Assembly: GCA_044229975.1 (NCBI GenBank) | Contig: JBGARZ010000004.1 | Location: 96,001-160,000 of the forward strand | Reading direction: 5' to 3' | DNA: 64,000 bases | Source: Polyangiales bacterium | GTDB lineage: Bacteria > Myxococcota_A > Polyangia > Polyangiales > Ga0077539 | In this document: in pieces, positions 48,691-59,382 of the stretch | How positions within the stretch are numbered: position 1 is the stretch's first letter | Layout: the number at the start of each line of letters is the position of its first letter | The notes under the pieces: model-generated | Database searches by the model: none | What the model was told of the DNA's origin: nothing | What the model saw: the letters and a program-made list of their open reading frames with translations, nothing else | Translations under genes and position numbers: made by a program

Positions 48691-50296
48691 GGCGGCGCCG
48701 TCGACGACCAAGCGTCACGAACAGCAATCCCGCAACCAGCAACGGCCCGGGTCCGCCGGTCGCGCCCGGTCGCGCGCTGCACTGCACCTCTCCGCGGAGC
48801 TCGGTGAGGCGCTCGCCCGGCGGTTCGCTCCCAGCATCGACGATCACCGGAGGCTGCTTGTCGTCAGGGCCCGCATCGCTCGGCGGCATCGCCGTGCCCG
48901 CGTCTCTCGGCGGCGTCACGGTGCCCGCGTCCCTCGCGACCACCCCTGCGTCGGGCGTCGTCATCACGCCCGCGTCGGGCGTGCTCGTCGGCGGAACCAC
49001 CCCGAGAAACCAAGGCCCCCGGTCGTTGCGTCCGTTGCGTCGAACGCCGCGGATGTCGTCGAGCGCGAGGTACGGCGCGACGGCGGTGTTGAGCCCCGAC
49101 GACGACGCGGGCCCGCCCATCGCGGGCATGAGCGCGACGATGATGGCGGCGCGATCGCCCAGCGTCGCCGGAACCCTCACCCCCGGATCAGCGACCATGT
49201 GCCCCGGCTGCGCCGCGAGGTTGATGAGGGGGGAGGAGGGGATGGACGAACCGTTGTTCCAGAAGAGGTTGTGCGAGGTGGTGAAGTTGTTGAGGCCGTG
49301 GTTGCTGCGGCGGAAGGTGGTGGGCATGCGACCGCGCAGGTCGACGAAGAGGTTGTTGACGATGGAGACGTCTTCGCTGCGCTCCAGCGGCCCGGAGCCC
49401 GCGCGAAACTCCACGTAGCCGCCGGAGTTGTTGACGAAGAGGTTGTTGGCGATGGCGACGTTGCTGCCGTCGTAGACGCCGATCGCTCCACCAACTCCGC
49501 CGATGACGACGTTGTTGCGAAACACCACGTCGATGGCCTCGAAGTCCTCGCCGTCGAGGAGCGACGAGTCCGTCACGGCGCCGAGGCCCACCATCGGGTC
49601 GACGGCGCCCGCGCGCTGGCCCGTGATGACGTTGCGCTCGAAGAGCACCGCCCGCGAGCCGCCCTTGGCGTACATCAGCGAGTTGCCGCCGTCGTGGATG
49701 TACGAGTCGCGCACCACGATGTCGTTGGTGTGCACGAAGTCGATGCACTCCTGCGACGGGTTTTCGCTGTCGTCGCGCGCGCCCGGAAACGCAAACTCCG
49801 ACCCCTCCAGGTAGATGCTGCGCGCCTGGTTGACCTTCACCACGTCGCCGTCCTGGCCCGCGTGGTGCGCGTAGACGTTGCGCAGCCAGATGTGGTGCGC
49901 GCCGCCGTCGATGTGGATGACGTTGTTGCCCGACTGCCGGATCTCCAACCCGTCGAACACCAGGTAGGCCGCGCCCTCGCCGATGCGCAGCGACTCCTCG
50001 GCCCCCTCGATGATGGCGCGCCGCGGGCCGTCGACGGACACCACCGTGATGGGCGCCGCGGCCGTGCCCTGGGCGCTGATCCAGCCGCCGCCGGGGTAGG
50101 TCCCGGCGCGCACGAGGATGCGGTCGCCGGGCCTCGCGCGGGAGAGCGCGGAGGTGATGCGGTCGAGCGGCGCGGCGCTGGTGCCGGCGTTGCCGCTGCG
50201 GCCGTTGGGGGCGACGTAGAGATCCGCTGCGGAGGCCGTCGCGGAGAGCGAGAGGGCGATGAGCAGCGCGCGAGAGAGAGGACGTCGGAGTCTCAC
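48683..50296 (-). CDS. Secreted right-handed beta-helix (pectin lyase-like) protein with MYXO-CTERM-like tail
   Basis: Signal peptide, YVAPNG..PGD...RAGTY, Asn-ladder repeats, CSA..LLVAGLLFVTLGRRRR. Confidence 0.8.
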   Translation of the reverse strand: MRLRRPLSRALLIALSLSATASAADLYVAPNGRSGNAGTSAAPLDRITSALSRARPGDRILVRAGTYPGGGWISAQGTAAAPITVVSVDGPRRAIIEGAEESLRIGEGAAYLVFDGLEIRQSGNNVIHIDGGAHHIWLRNVYAHHAGQDGDVVKVNQARSIYLEGSEFAFPGARDDSENPSQECIDFVHTNDIVVRDSYIHDGGNSLMYAKGGSRAVLFERNVITGQRAGAVDPMVGLGAVTDSSLLDGEDFEAIDVVFRNNVVIGGVGGAIGVYDGSNVAIANNLFVNNSGGYVEFRAGSGPLERSEDVSIVNNLFVDLRGRMPTTFRRSNHGLNNFTTSHNLFWNNGSSIPSSPLINLAAQPGHMVADPGVRVPATLGDRAAIIVALMPAMGGPASSSGLNTAVAPYLALDDIRGVRRNGRNDRGPWFLGVVPPTSTPDAGVMTTPDAGVVARDAGTVTPPRDAGTAMPPSDAGPDDKQPPVIVDAGSEPPGERLTELRGEVQCSARPGATGGPGPLLVAGLLFVTLGRRRRRHG

Positions 50297-50360
50297 TGGA
50301 GCCGACGGTTGTACGCCGCAAGAGGGAGAGTGCCAACGGCACCAGAGCGCCGAGACGGAA

Positions 50361-53114
50361 TCAGGGGAGCTGCACCGTGAACGACGTATGAAACACGTCG
50401 GTCGGGTCGACGCGGGCCTTCACCCGCTGGAGCGCGGCGTACGTCGCGGGCGAGTCGTAGTAGCGCGACCGCGTGTCGGCGTTGCGCATGTCGAGCTGCG
50501 CGCCGTCGGTGCCCTTGTCTTCGTAGGTTCCCCAGAACATCCGCCAGGTCTCGTCGCCCAGGTGCGCGTCCCACAGAGCACGCATCTCGTCCTGCAAGCC
50601 CTCCGCGACGTCGGCGTGGCCGGGTCGGTAGAACACGTCGAACACCACCTGCACCAGCGCGTCGCGGTGCTGCATCTGCGTGGTCTTCAGCACGGCGTTG
50701 TCCTGAAAGCTCCCGCCCCCGATGACTCCCTGGAACACCACCTTCACGTCCCGCGTGCGGTTGGCGCGGTCGACCAGGTCGACGAAGCCCTCGCAGAACG
50801 CAGCGGGCAGCGGGTCGCGCGTCACGTAGAGCGACTTCTTGTACGGCAGCCCGAACTCACGACCGCCGGGCATCCCCCCGAGCGAGCCCGTCGATCGAAC
50901 GCCCTTGTGCACGATGCTCGAGAGGTTCATCGCACCGTTCGCGTCCCCGTGGGCGAGGTCGATCACCTTGCCGGCGATCTTGTCGATCCACGAGACGTTG
51001 CTCTCGACGGCCTTCACGACGGCCACGATCTCGGGCTCGTGGACGGTCGAGAGCGCCGTCGTCTCCACCAGCAGAACCGCCGGGCGCACGTTGGCATCGG
51101 GCAGCAGCTCGAAGTCGCTGGAGATGACCGAGAGGAAGTAGTCCACGCCTCCTGGCAGCGAGCCCGCGTGCTCCCGCTCGGACCACACCCGCATCTGGTC
51201 GAAGGCCGCCGCCCACCCGGCGCGGTTGTACGGATACGTCCGGGTGTACCCGCGGGTCGGAGGGTTCTGCGGGTTGGCGTCGGCGACGGTCTTGAAGGTG
51301 ATCTCGGTCAAGACGCCCCAGCTCCCGGGGCCGCCGCCGAGCACCGCCGCGAAGACCTCGTCCCCGGGCTGCGGGTTGTTGGGGTCGGGTCGATCGAAGA
51401 CGCGCTCGGCCCATCCGCCGTTGGCGTCCCATCCGACCATCTTGAACGACCTCACCCAGTCCAGCGTCGCGCCGAGGCTGCGAAGCTGGTGCCCGACGCC
51501 GCCGGTCTGCACGTGCCCGCCGAGGTTCACGAGGGGGCACTCCCCGTGGGGGATCGAGAGGTTCAGCTCGACCAGCTTCTTCGAGAGCACCTGAAGCTCC
51601 ACGCCCGGGCCGACCGTGACCCGCGTGCGATCGGCCGAGGGAGCGACGGTGTTGAATCCCCCGACGTCGATCAGGAGGGTGTCCGCACCACCCGACGAGA
51701 GCCCGCAGTACTGGTGTCCACCCGAGCGCGCGACCACCTTGAGGCCCCGCTCGGCGGCCCACCGGACGGCGGTCACGACGTCGGCCGAGTGATGGGGCAC
51801 CGCCACGAGGAGCGGCCGCATGCGCCGGGCGATGGTCGCCGCGTCGAGGGACGACACGGCGTACTGCTTCCCGGTGGCGTCCTTGTATGGGTTGTCGTCG
51901 ACCGCGAGCTCGAAGACCTCCCCGCCGAAGCCCGGAATGGGCCCGCCGATGTTCGTCGGGGCGAGCAGCGACGCCGCGGGAGCGACCGCGGCCAGCGCCG
52001 CGACGACCGGAGGCTGCGCGGGCGCGGCGACCGGGGCGGCGACCTCCGACACGAAGGTGCGTCGGAGCGCGGTGTCCATCAGCAGGTTGACCCAGGCGCC
52101 CGCCCTGATCAGCGCGTCGGCCTCGGTGAGGAAGGTCGCCTCGTTGCCCGGCGACCACGCATGGTCATTGGACACGATCGTGTTGACCTCGTCCTCGCGC
52201 GCTGTCCCTGGCCCGGTGCCGACCCAGGCCGCGAGCGCGGCGCCGGCGCCCTCGATGTGCTCCGACCACAGCACCAGGCACTGCGTCTTCTTGAGCGCCT
52301 CCTCGACGAAGAAGCGCGTCTGCTCGCTCAGGTCGCGCTCCAGGCCCGTGGCGCGAACCAGCACCACCCGCGCGCCGAACGCGCCGGACGAAGCTCGCAG
52401 CCCGAGGTCGACCCCAGCGGGCACCGCGCCGCCGAAGAGCTCGTCGCAGAGCGGCCCGAAGGTCGTCGCCGCGTACGGGATCATCCACGCGCGGATCCAG
52501 CGGTTCTTGCCCGCGGATCGCCAGAGCGACGCGTCGATCACGAGGCGGGTGACGATGCCTTCGCCGCTCGCCTGAAGCGCCCGCCAGTCGTCTCCGTTGA
52601 GCGTCTGCACCTCGCTCGCCTGATCGCCGCCGGTGCGGATGACGTCCGCCTCGATGACGCCGTCTCGCAGCAGCGTGGGGCCGCCGCTGCGTGGGAAGGG
52701 GGAGCGTCGCTGCGGACCGACCGCGCTCACGATGCTCATCGTCGGCTGGTCGGGCAGCGGCAGAAACAGCGCCCGGTTGCGCAGCGCGGTCGCCACGTCG
52801 CCGACGGTGGCGGCGGGTCCGACGGTGACGCGTTCGAGGTCGACCTTCACGCCCGCGAGCGTCTCCAGGCTGATGACCGCCGCGTTGGGCTCGGGCTCGA
52901 TGTCCTTGGCGGCGACGCGACCGCCGCTGCGAAAGAACACCCTGGCCCCGGCTGCCTTCGCGAGGGTCACCGCGCGCTGGACGTCCGCGATCGTCTCGGG
53001 GATCAACACGGGAGGCAGCCCGACAAACTGCGTATGGGCCGCGTGTATCTGGGCGATGCGCCCGGCAAACCGTCCGCGCATGGCCAGCAACTTGGTGATC
53101 GATAGTGTCGCCAT
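50361..53114 (-). CDS. FAD-linked oxidase (BBE/VAO family) with duplicated FAD-binding region
   Basis: RSGGHQY, PHGECPLV, GGHVQTGG, C-terminal YY...L..VK..VDP..VF; earlier degenerate RSGGR copy. Confidence 0.85.
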   Translation of the reverse strand: MATLSITKLLAMRGRFAGRIAQIHAAHTQFVGLPPVLIPETIADVQRAVTLAKAAGARVFFRSGGRVAAKDIEPEPNAAVISLETLAGVKVDLERVTVGPAATVGDVATALRNRALFLPLPDQPTMSIVSAVGPQRRSPFPRSGGPTLLRDGVIEADVIRTGGDQASEVQTLNGDDWRALQASGEGIVTRLVIDASLWRSAGKNRWIRAWMIPYAATTFGPLCDELFGGAVPAGVDLGLRASSGAFGARVVLVRATGLERDLSEQTRFFVEEALKKTQCLVLWSEHIEGAGAALAAWVGTGPGTAREDEVNTIVSNDHAWSPGNEATFLTEADALIRAGAWVNLLMDTALRRTFVSEVAAPVAAPAQPPVVAALAAVAPAASLLAPTNIGGPIPGFGGEVFELAVDDNPYKDATGKQYAVSSLDAATIARRMRPLLVAVPHHSADVVTAVRWAAERGLKVVARSGGHQYCGLSSGGADTLLIDVGGFNTVAPSADRTRVTVGPGVELQVLSKKLVELNLSIPHGECPLVNLGGHVQTGGVGHQLRSLGATLDWVRSFKMVGWDANGGWAERVFDRPDPNNPQPGDEVFAAVLGGGPGSWGVLTEITFKTVADANPQNPPTRGYTRTYPYNRAGWAAAFDQMRVWSEREHAGSLPGGVDYFLSVISSDFELLPDANVRPAVLLVETTALSTVHEPEIVAVVKAVESNVSWIDKIAGKVIDLAHGDANGAMNLSSIVHKGVRSTGSLGGMPGGREFGLPYKKSLYVTRDPLPAAFCEGFVDLVDRANRTRDVKVVFQGVIGGGSFQDNAVLKTTQMQHRDALVQVVFDVFYRPGHADVAEGLQDEMRALWDAHLGDETWRMFWGTYEDKGTDGAQLDMRNADTRSRYYDSPATYAALQRVKARVDPTDVFHTSFTVQLP

Positions 53115-53229
53115 TGGTTCCTCCGTCGGGTTGTTACGGGGGGCAATGCCGGCACCCAGCCGGGTCCCCCAACCGAGGAGACTACCGACTTCAGCGATGT
53201 GTCGACAGCCCTTCAGGGCATCGACGTCG

Positions 53230-54102
53230 TCACGGCGCGGGCGCGAGCACCCGCTGCACCGCGTGCCCCGTGTACGTCGACGGCACCGCGATGCCGAGCG
53301 CCGCGAGGGCCGTCGCCGCCGTGTCGACCGTGCGCACCGGGTCGGCAAAATCACCGCGCGTGACCTGTACCCCCCAGGCCACCCAGGGGATGTGCAGGTC
53401 TTCGGGCGCGTGCGTGCCGTGTTGGCGTCCGTGGCCGCCGTGGTCGGCCGTCGCGATCACCAGGAAGCGTCCGTGGTCCGCCCTCGCTTCGATGGCGTTC
53501 ATCACGGTGGTGAGGCACCGGTCGCTGCGGGCGATGGCCTGGAGGTAGCGCGCGCGCATCCATCCGTAGCGGTGCCCCGAGTCGTCGGGCTCCGCGAAGT
53601 GGATGAACGTGATCCCCGGCGTCGACGTCGCCAGGTACTCCGCCGCCGCCGCCGCGACGCGCTCGCACGACCAGTGCGGCAGCGACCAGCGATCGACGCT
53701 GCCCGGCGTGGCCATGTGCCGGAGCTTCGTCTTCGCCACGAACATCGCCGTCGAGAAGCCCAGGTCGTGCGCCGTGTAGAGCGCCGTCGGCACCCGGATG
53801 AACCCGCGCTCGGGGCGGAAGTCGTCGAAGTTCATCCCGTGGGTTCGCACCTCGACGCCCGACAGCATCGAGCTGTGCGAAGGCAGCGTCGACGAGTCAC
53901 CCACCGTCTGCGCGTTGACGGCCGCGGCGCCTTCGGTGCGAAGCCGGTGCAGCGTCGGAGCGTCGGCGAGCGCCATGCCGTCGGGGCGCATGCCGTCGAA
54001 GCTGACCACGACGACGTGATCGTAGGGGCGCGTGGGCGCGGTCTGCGTCGCCGCCGCGGTGGGGAAGAGCGCGAGCGCGATGGCGAGGACGGATCGCTTC
54101 AC
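53230..54102 (-). CDS. Alkaline phosphatase/nucleotide pyrophosphatase superfamily protein, secreted
   Basis: SFDGMRPD, TLPSH, PDDSGH, TADHGG. Confidence 0.88.
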   Translation of the reverse strand: MKRSVLAIALALFPTAAATQTAPTRPYDHVVVVSFDGMRPDGMALADAPTLHRLRTEGAAAVNAQTVGDSSTLPSHSSMLSGVEVRTHGMNFDDFRPERGFIRVPTALYTAHDLGFSTAMFVAKTKLRHMATPGSVDRWSLPHWSCERVAAAAAEYLATSTPGITFIHFAEPDDSGHRYGWMRARYLQAIARSDRCLTTVMNAIEARADHGRFLVIATADHGGHGRQHGTHAPEDLHIPWVAWGVQVTRGDFADPVRTVDTAATALAALGIAVPSTYTGHAVQRVLAPAP

Positions 54103-54437
54103 GGTGAGGGCGGCGCGTCGAGGGGCGGCGGCAGCGGGGCGACGCCGGTGCGGAAGAAGGCCGCGGCGAGGACCCACGGCGAGGCGCAGCCGACCATCCA
54201 CGCGACGGTGTGCGACGTCGCGCAGCCCGGGGCGACGAGGGCGAGGGAGACCGTCGTCTGCATGGCGGCGGCGAGCAGGCACGACAGGGCCCACATGAAG
54301 CCGTGACCCGCGGCGGCGACGCGGTCGCGGGTGCGCCACGCGGTGGCCACGGCGAGGAGGGCGGCGAGGCCGAGGAGCACGGCGATCTGCTCGGCGCGCG
54401 GGGTGTCGATGCACGCGAGGTCGGGCGCTTCGAGCAC
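54099..54437 (-). CDS. Small membrane protein (start uncertain)
   Basis: Three hydrophobic segments; stop overlaps the phosphatase start. Confidence 0.45.
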   Translation of the reverse strand: MLEAPDLACIDTPRAEQIAVLLGLAALLAVATAWRTRDRVAAAGHGFMWALSCLLAAAMQTTVSLALVAPGCATSHTVAWMVGCASPWVLAAAFFRTGVAPLPPPLDAPPSP

Positions 54438-54569
54438 GGGCGTCGGGACGATCTGCCAGCGAAGAACCACCACAGCGCGGCGCACGCTATCACACGCCGT
54501 ATCGGTCGCGGCATTGGGGTGAGGAGGGGGTGCCGCCACCCCGCGGTTGTGTGCGATCTTCGGCGAGCG

Positions 54570-57500
54570 ATGAGCGGTCGATGGAGCTTCGGGCTGGTGG
54601 CGTTGGCGGTGTCGGTGGGCTGCGCGGCGGGCGGCAGCGAGGACGCGGGTGCGGTCGACCCGGACGTCGGCGTCGAGGAGGACACCGGCGAGGTCGACAA
54701 GGACACCGGCGAGCCCGAGGACGTGGTGCTCCCGAGCTTCGACATCCCGGTCGACCGCGGCAACCCATCGGATGTCGTCGCCTCTCCCGACGTGCCGACG
54801 GTGATGGACGTGGCGACCGACGTTCGCGTCGACGCGGGCACCGTCGAAGCGGGGGGGCCGCACGACGTGGGCTGCACCGCCATTTGCAACGGGAGCTGTG
54901 CCAACACCGCGGTCGACCCGCTCAACTGCGGCGCGTGCGGGCGGGACTGCACGGCGTTTCCCGGGGTCAACCCGGCGGGGGTGACCTGCGTGCGCGGTGC
55001 GTGCGTGTTCGGGACGGCGGGCTGCGTCGCGGGGCGCGGCGACTGCGACGGCAACCCGACCAACGGCTGCGAGGCGCTGCTCAACACGACCACCCGCTGC
55101 GGGAGCTGCGTGGCGGCTTGCAGCGGGTCGACGCCCCTCTGCGCGATGGTGCCGACGGCGCCTTCCGGGTACGCGTGTACGAGCGGCTGCACGGCGCCGG
55201 CGTCGTCGCGCTGCGGGTCGACCTGCGTCGACCTCACGAGCAGCCCACTGAACTGCGGCGCGTGCGGCACCGTCTGCCCCGCGGGCACAGGCGGCACGGC
55301 GGCGTGCGTGGGCGGCGCGTGTCGCTTGAACTGCACCGCGGGCCGCGGTGACTGCGACGGCGCCGCGGCCAACGGCTGCGAGGTGCAGCTGACGACGTCG
55401 GCGCTGCACTGCGGCGCGTGCGGCAACGTGTGCAGCGGCGGCGCCAACGCGACGGCGGCGTGCAGCGCGGGGGCGTGCTCGCTCACGTGCGCGGCGGGCT
55501 TCGGCAACTGCGACGGGATGCTGGCCAACGGGTGCGAGACCGACACCCGCACGACGCTCACGAGCTGCGGCGCGTGCGGGGCCATGTGCCCGGCGCGGGC
55601 CAACGCGACGGCCACCTGCGCGGCGGGCGCGTGCGGCATCGCGTGCTCGCCCAACTTCGGCAACTGCGACCTCCTGCCGGCCAACGGGTGCGAGGTCGAC
55701 CTGCGGACCAACGCGACGAGCTGCGGGATGTGCGGTCGGCGGTGCGCGATCCAGGCCAACGCGGCGGCGACGTGCACCGACGGGGTGTGCGGCATCTCGT
55801 GCAGCGCAGGCTTCGGCGACTGCGACGGCATCGGCACCAACGGCTGCGAGGCGCCCTTCGCGATGGACGCGAGCAACTGCGGCGCGTGCGGGACGCGCTG
55901 CCCGGGCGGGGACAACGCGACGCCGACGTGCGCGGCCTCGCGCTGCGGGCTGACGTGCGCGACGGGCTTCGGCGACTGCGACGCGACGGCGGCCAACGGG
56001 TGCGAGACGGCGACGACGACGAGCATGGCGCACTGCGGGGCGTGTGGCCGGGCGTGCAACGCGCCGCCCAACTCCACCGCGGCGTGCGTGGCGAGCGTGT
56101 GCGTGGTGACCTGCGAGGCGGGCTACACGCTGAGCGCGGGGACGTGCGTGCGGACGCCGCCGCGGCCGGTGTCGCCGGCGGGGTTCAGCTTCGCGACGTC
56201 GACGACGCCGACGTTTCGGGTGGCGCTGCCGCCGGGGCAGACCGGGGCCTTCGTGGAGGTGTGCCGCGACCGCAACTGCACGAGCGTGGCGACCACGATG
56301 ACCTTCACCGGCTCGTCGGGAACACTGACGACCCCGCTGCTGACGACGCCGACGGGGATGTACTTCTGGCGCGCGAGCGGCCGGGTCGGGAGCACGACGG
56401 CGACGACGGCGGGGACGCCGACGGTGTTCTACGTGGCGGCGGCGCGGCGGCCGGGGATCAACGCGGCGTGGGGCTCGGTGCTCGACGCCAACGCCGACGG
56501 ATCGCCGGAGATGCTGGTGGGCGCGCCCGGCACCAACCAGGTGAGCTTGTACCCCGGGACGGCCACCGGCTTCGCTGCCGTGACGCTGCGGTCGGGGGGG
56601 ACGGGCTACGGCACCTCGGTGGCGGCGCTCGGCGACATCGACGGTGACGGGTACGCCGACGCAGCCGTGGGCGAGCCCGGAACCAACCGGGTGTACGTCT
56701 ATCGCGGCGCCTCGACGGGGCTCTCGACGGCGTCGACGGTGCTGCCCGCCCCCTCGACGGTGATGGGCTTTGGCGCGGCGGTGGCGGGCGCTGGTGACGT
56801 CAACGGCGACGGCTTCAGCGACCTGCTGGTGGGCGCGCCGACGTCCAACCGCACGTACCTGTACTTCGGGAGCGCGACGGGCATCCCGGCGACTTCGGTG
56901 GGGACGTTGGTGACGCCGACGGGTTCGCCGTCGAACTACGGCGCGTCGGCGGCGGGCATCGGCGACATCAACGCCGACGGCTTCGCCGACGTGGCCGTGG
57001 GGACCAACGGGGCCAACAACGTCTACGTCTTCCTCGGGTCGGCGACGGGTCTCGGGACGTCGACGCTGGTGAACGCGGGCGCGTCGGGCTTCGGCTTCGC
57101 GGTGGCGGCGGCGGGTGATGTGACCAACGACGGCTACCCCGACATGATCGTCGGGGCGTACAGCGCGCAGGTGGCCTACGTGTTTGCGGGCGGCGCGTCG
57201 GGCATCACGACGACGCCCGCGGCGACGCTGGCGGTGGCGGCGAACGGGGTGCTGTTCGGCTGGTCGGTGGACGGCCTCGGGGACGTCAACGGCGACACCT
57301 TCAGCGACGTGCTGGTGGGGGCGCCGGGCTCCGAGCGGGCGTACCTCTTCCAGGGAGGTCCGGCGGGCATCGTGGCGATTCCGACGCAGACCTATCAGCC
57401 GACGGCGGGCAGCACCGCGACGCTGCTGGGTCGCGCCGTCGCACACCTGGGCGACGTCAACCGCGACGGCGTGTACGACTTCGCGGTGGGTCAGCCGGGG

Positions 57501-57602
57501 CGCTACACGGTGCAGACCTTCCGCGGGGCGGCGACGCCGGTGCTGTGGCAGACGTTCTCCTCGGGGACCACGTCGCAGTTCGGAAGCGCCTTCGCGCGAT
57601 AG
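54570..57602 (+). CDS. Lipoprotein with tandem Cys-rich repeats and FG-GAP beta-propeller
   Basis: Lipobox SVGC; about 7 CDG..NGCE...CGACG..C units; GDVNGDGFSDLLVGAP repeats. Confidence 0.9.
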   Translation: MSGRWSFGLVALAVSVGCAAGGSEDAGAVDPDVGVEEDTGEVDKDTGEPEDVVLPSFDIPVDRGNPSDVVASPDVPTVMDVATDVRVDAGTVEAGGPHDVGCTAICNGSCANTAVDPLNCGACGRDCTAFPGVNPAGVTCVRGACVFGTAGCVAGRGDCDGNPTNGCEALLNTTTRCGSCVAACSGSTPLCAMVPTAPSGYACTSGCTAPASSRCGSTCVDLTSSPLNCGACGTVCPAGTGGTAACVGGACRLNCTAGRGDCDGAAANGCEVQLTTSALHCGACGNVCSGGANATAACSAGACSLTCAAGFGNCDGMLANGCETDTRTTLTSCGACGAMCPARANATATCAAGACGIACSPNFGNCDLLPANGCEVDLRTNATSCGMCGRRCAIQANAAATCTDGVCGISCSAGFGDCDGIGTNGCEAPFAMDASNCGACGTRCPGGDNATPTCAASRCGLTCATGFGDCDATAANGCETATTTSMAHCGACGRACNAPPNSTAACVASVCVVTCEAGYTLSAGTCVRTPPRPVSPAGFSFATSTTPTFRVALPPGQTGAFVEVCRDRNCTSVATTMTFTGSSGTLTTPLLTTPTGMYFWRASGRVGSTTATTAGTPTVFYVAAARRPGINAAWGSVLDANADGSPEMLVGAPGTNQVSLYPGTATGFAAVTLRSGGTGYGTSVAALGDIDGDGYADAAVGEPGTNRVYVYRGASTGLSTASTVLPAPSTVMGFGAAVAGAGDVNGDGFSDLLVGAPTSNRTYLYFGSATGIPATSVGTLVTPTGSPSNYGASAAGIGDINADGFADVAVGTNGANNVYVFLGSATGLGTSTLVNAGASGFGFAVAAAGDVTNDGYPDMIVGAYSAQVAYVFAGGASGITTTPAATLAVAANGVLFGWSVDGLGDVNGDTFSDVLVGAPGSERAYLFQGGPAGIVAIPTQTYQPTAGSTATLLGRAVAHLGDVNRDGVYDFAVGQPGRYTVQTFRGAATPVLWQTFSSGTTSQFGSAFAR

Positions 57603-59299
57603 TGAGCGGCGAGGCGCCGTCGCTGCGGCCGTACCAGCGCGAGGCCGTCGAGGCGGTGCTCGGTGCGCGGCGCGCGGGCGTTCGTCGCATGCTGGTGTGC
57701 CTGCCGACGGGCGCCGGGAAGACGGTGGTGTTCGCGCACCTGGCGCGGCTGGCGAAGCGCACGGTGCTGGTCATCGCGCACCGCGAGGAGCTGCTCTCGC
57801 AGGCGCGCTCGAAGCTGCAATCGGCGCTCGGTGACGGCGCGGTGGTGGCCATCGAGCAGGGCGCGCGGCGGGCGGTGGGCGAGGCGCGGGTGGTGGTGTG
57901 CTCGATTCGTTCGCTGCGGAGCGAGCGGCTGGCGCGGGTGCTGGCGGGCCGGGACGTGGGGCTGGTGATCTACGACGAGTGTCACCACGCGGCGGCGGAG
58001 GACAACCTGCGCGTGCTGCGCGAGCTCGGGTGCTTCGAGCCCGCCTGGACCGGAACGCTCGTGGGCTTCACGGCGACGACGTCGCGGGGTGATGGGAAGG
58101 GCCTCGACGCGGTCTTCGAGCGCATCGTCTATGCGCGGACGCTGCCCGAGATGATCGCGGACGGGTACCTCGTTCCGCTGCGGGGATACCGGGTGGCGAC
58201 GAGCGCCGACCTCACGCGGCTTACGCTGTCGGGTAACGATTTCCGCGAGGACGAGCTCGCCGAGGCGGTGGACATCGAGGAGCGCAACGCCCTGGTGGCG
58301 CGCACCATCCAGGAGCTGGCGCGCGACCGGCGGACCATCGCGTTCTGCGTGACGGTGGCGCACGCGCTGCACCTGCGGCGGTCGCTGCGGGCGCTCGGGG
58401 TGCGCGCAGGAACGGTGCACGGCGAGATGCCGAGCGACGAGCGAGCGCGGGTGTTGAAGGCCTTTGCCGATGGTGAGGTGCAGGTGCTCACCAACGTGGC
58501 GGTGTTGACGGAGGGCTTCGACGACCCGGGCGTGTCGTGCGTGGCGATGGCGCGACCGACGCGCTCGGAGGGGATGTACGCGCAGTGCGTGGGGCGCGGG
58601 ACGCGGCTGTCACCGGGCAAGAAGGACTGCCTGGTGTTGGACTTCGTGGACGTGTCGTCGCTGAGCTTATGCTCACTGCCGTCGCTCTTCGGGATGCCGC
58701 GCGATCTCGACCTGGAGGGTCGAGAAGCGAGCGAGGTGGCGGTGGCGTTGGACCGGTTGCTGTTCGACCACCCGGGCTTCGTGGTGGAAGCGGGGGCCAT
58801 CACGCTCGGAGAGATTCAGGCCAGGGCGGAGGCGTTTGATCCGCTGACGCAGGAGGTGGATGTCGAGGTGCGGGCGATCTCGCGCAACGCGTGGGCGTCG
58901 CTGGGGCGGTACGGGCTGGCGCTGCATTTCGAGCGGGCGCCGGGGAGGTTGAGCGAGGCGCTGGTGTTGTCGCGAGGGGCGCGTGGTAGGCGCTGGGAGG
59001 TGAGCGTGGAGGGGGAGGTGATGGAGCGGTTTTCGACGGTGGAGGAGGCGGTGCAGGCGGTGGACTACGAGGTGGGGGCGATGGGCCGGGCGGTGGAGGC
59101 GTCGGCGCGCGAAGGGGCCGGGTGGCGTCGCGGCGCGGTGGCGAAGGAGCGCGCGGAGGCGGCGACGGCGGCGGTGCGGCGCGGGGGGAAGACGGCCACG
59201 ATACTGGGCGAGGTGGTCGCGCTGGAGGCGTGGGCGAAGGCGATCGCGGGCGCGGTGGCGAGGGCCACGCCGCGGCGTCAGCGCGGCGCGCGACGGTAG
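57602..59299 (+). CDS. SF2 DEAD/DEAH-box helicase (ResIII/Irc3-like)
   Basis: LRPYQ, PTGAGKT, DECHH, TAT, LTEGFD, QCVGRGTR. Confidence 0.92.
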   Translation: MSGEAPSLRPYQREAVEAVLGARRAGVRRMLVCLPTGAGKTVVFAHLARLAKRTVLVIAHREELLSQARSKLQSALGDGAVVAIEQGARRAVGEARVVVCSIRSLRSERLARVLAGRDVGLVIYDECHHAAAEDNLRVLRELGCFEPAWTGTLVGFTATTSRGDGKGLDAVFERIVYARTLPEMIADGYLVPLRGYRVATSADLTRLTLSGNDFREDELAEAVDIEERNALVARTIQELARDRRTIAFCVTVAHALHLRRSLRALGVRAGTVHGEMPSDERARVLKAFADGEVQVLTNVAVLTEGFDDPGVSCVAMARPTRSEGMYAQCVGRGTRLSPGKKDCLVLDFVDVSSLSLCSLPSLFGMPRDLDLEGREASEVAVALDRLLFDHPGFVVEAGAITLGEIQARAEAFDPLTQEVDVEVRAISRNAWASLGRYGLALHFERAPGRLSEALVLSRGARGRRWEVSVEGEVMERFSTVEEAVQAVDYEVGAMGRAVEASAREGAGWRRGAVAKERAEAATAAVRRGGKTATILGEVVALEAWAKAIAGAVARATPRRQRGARR

Positions 59300-59382
59300 A
59301 CGCTACGCGCCTGGTTCTCAAGGTGTCAGCGCGGAGTCGGCGCTCTCTCACCGGCCACAGACACAGCAGACAGGGATGGGCG

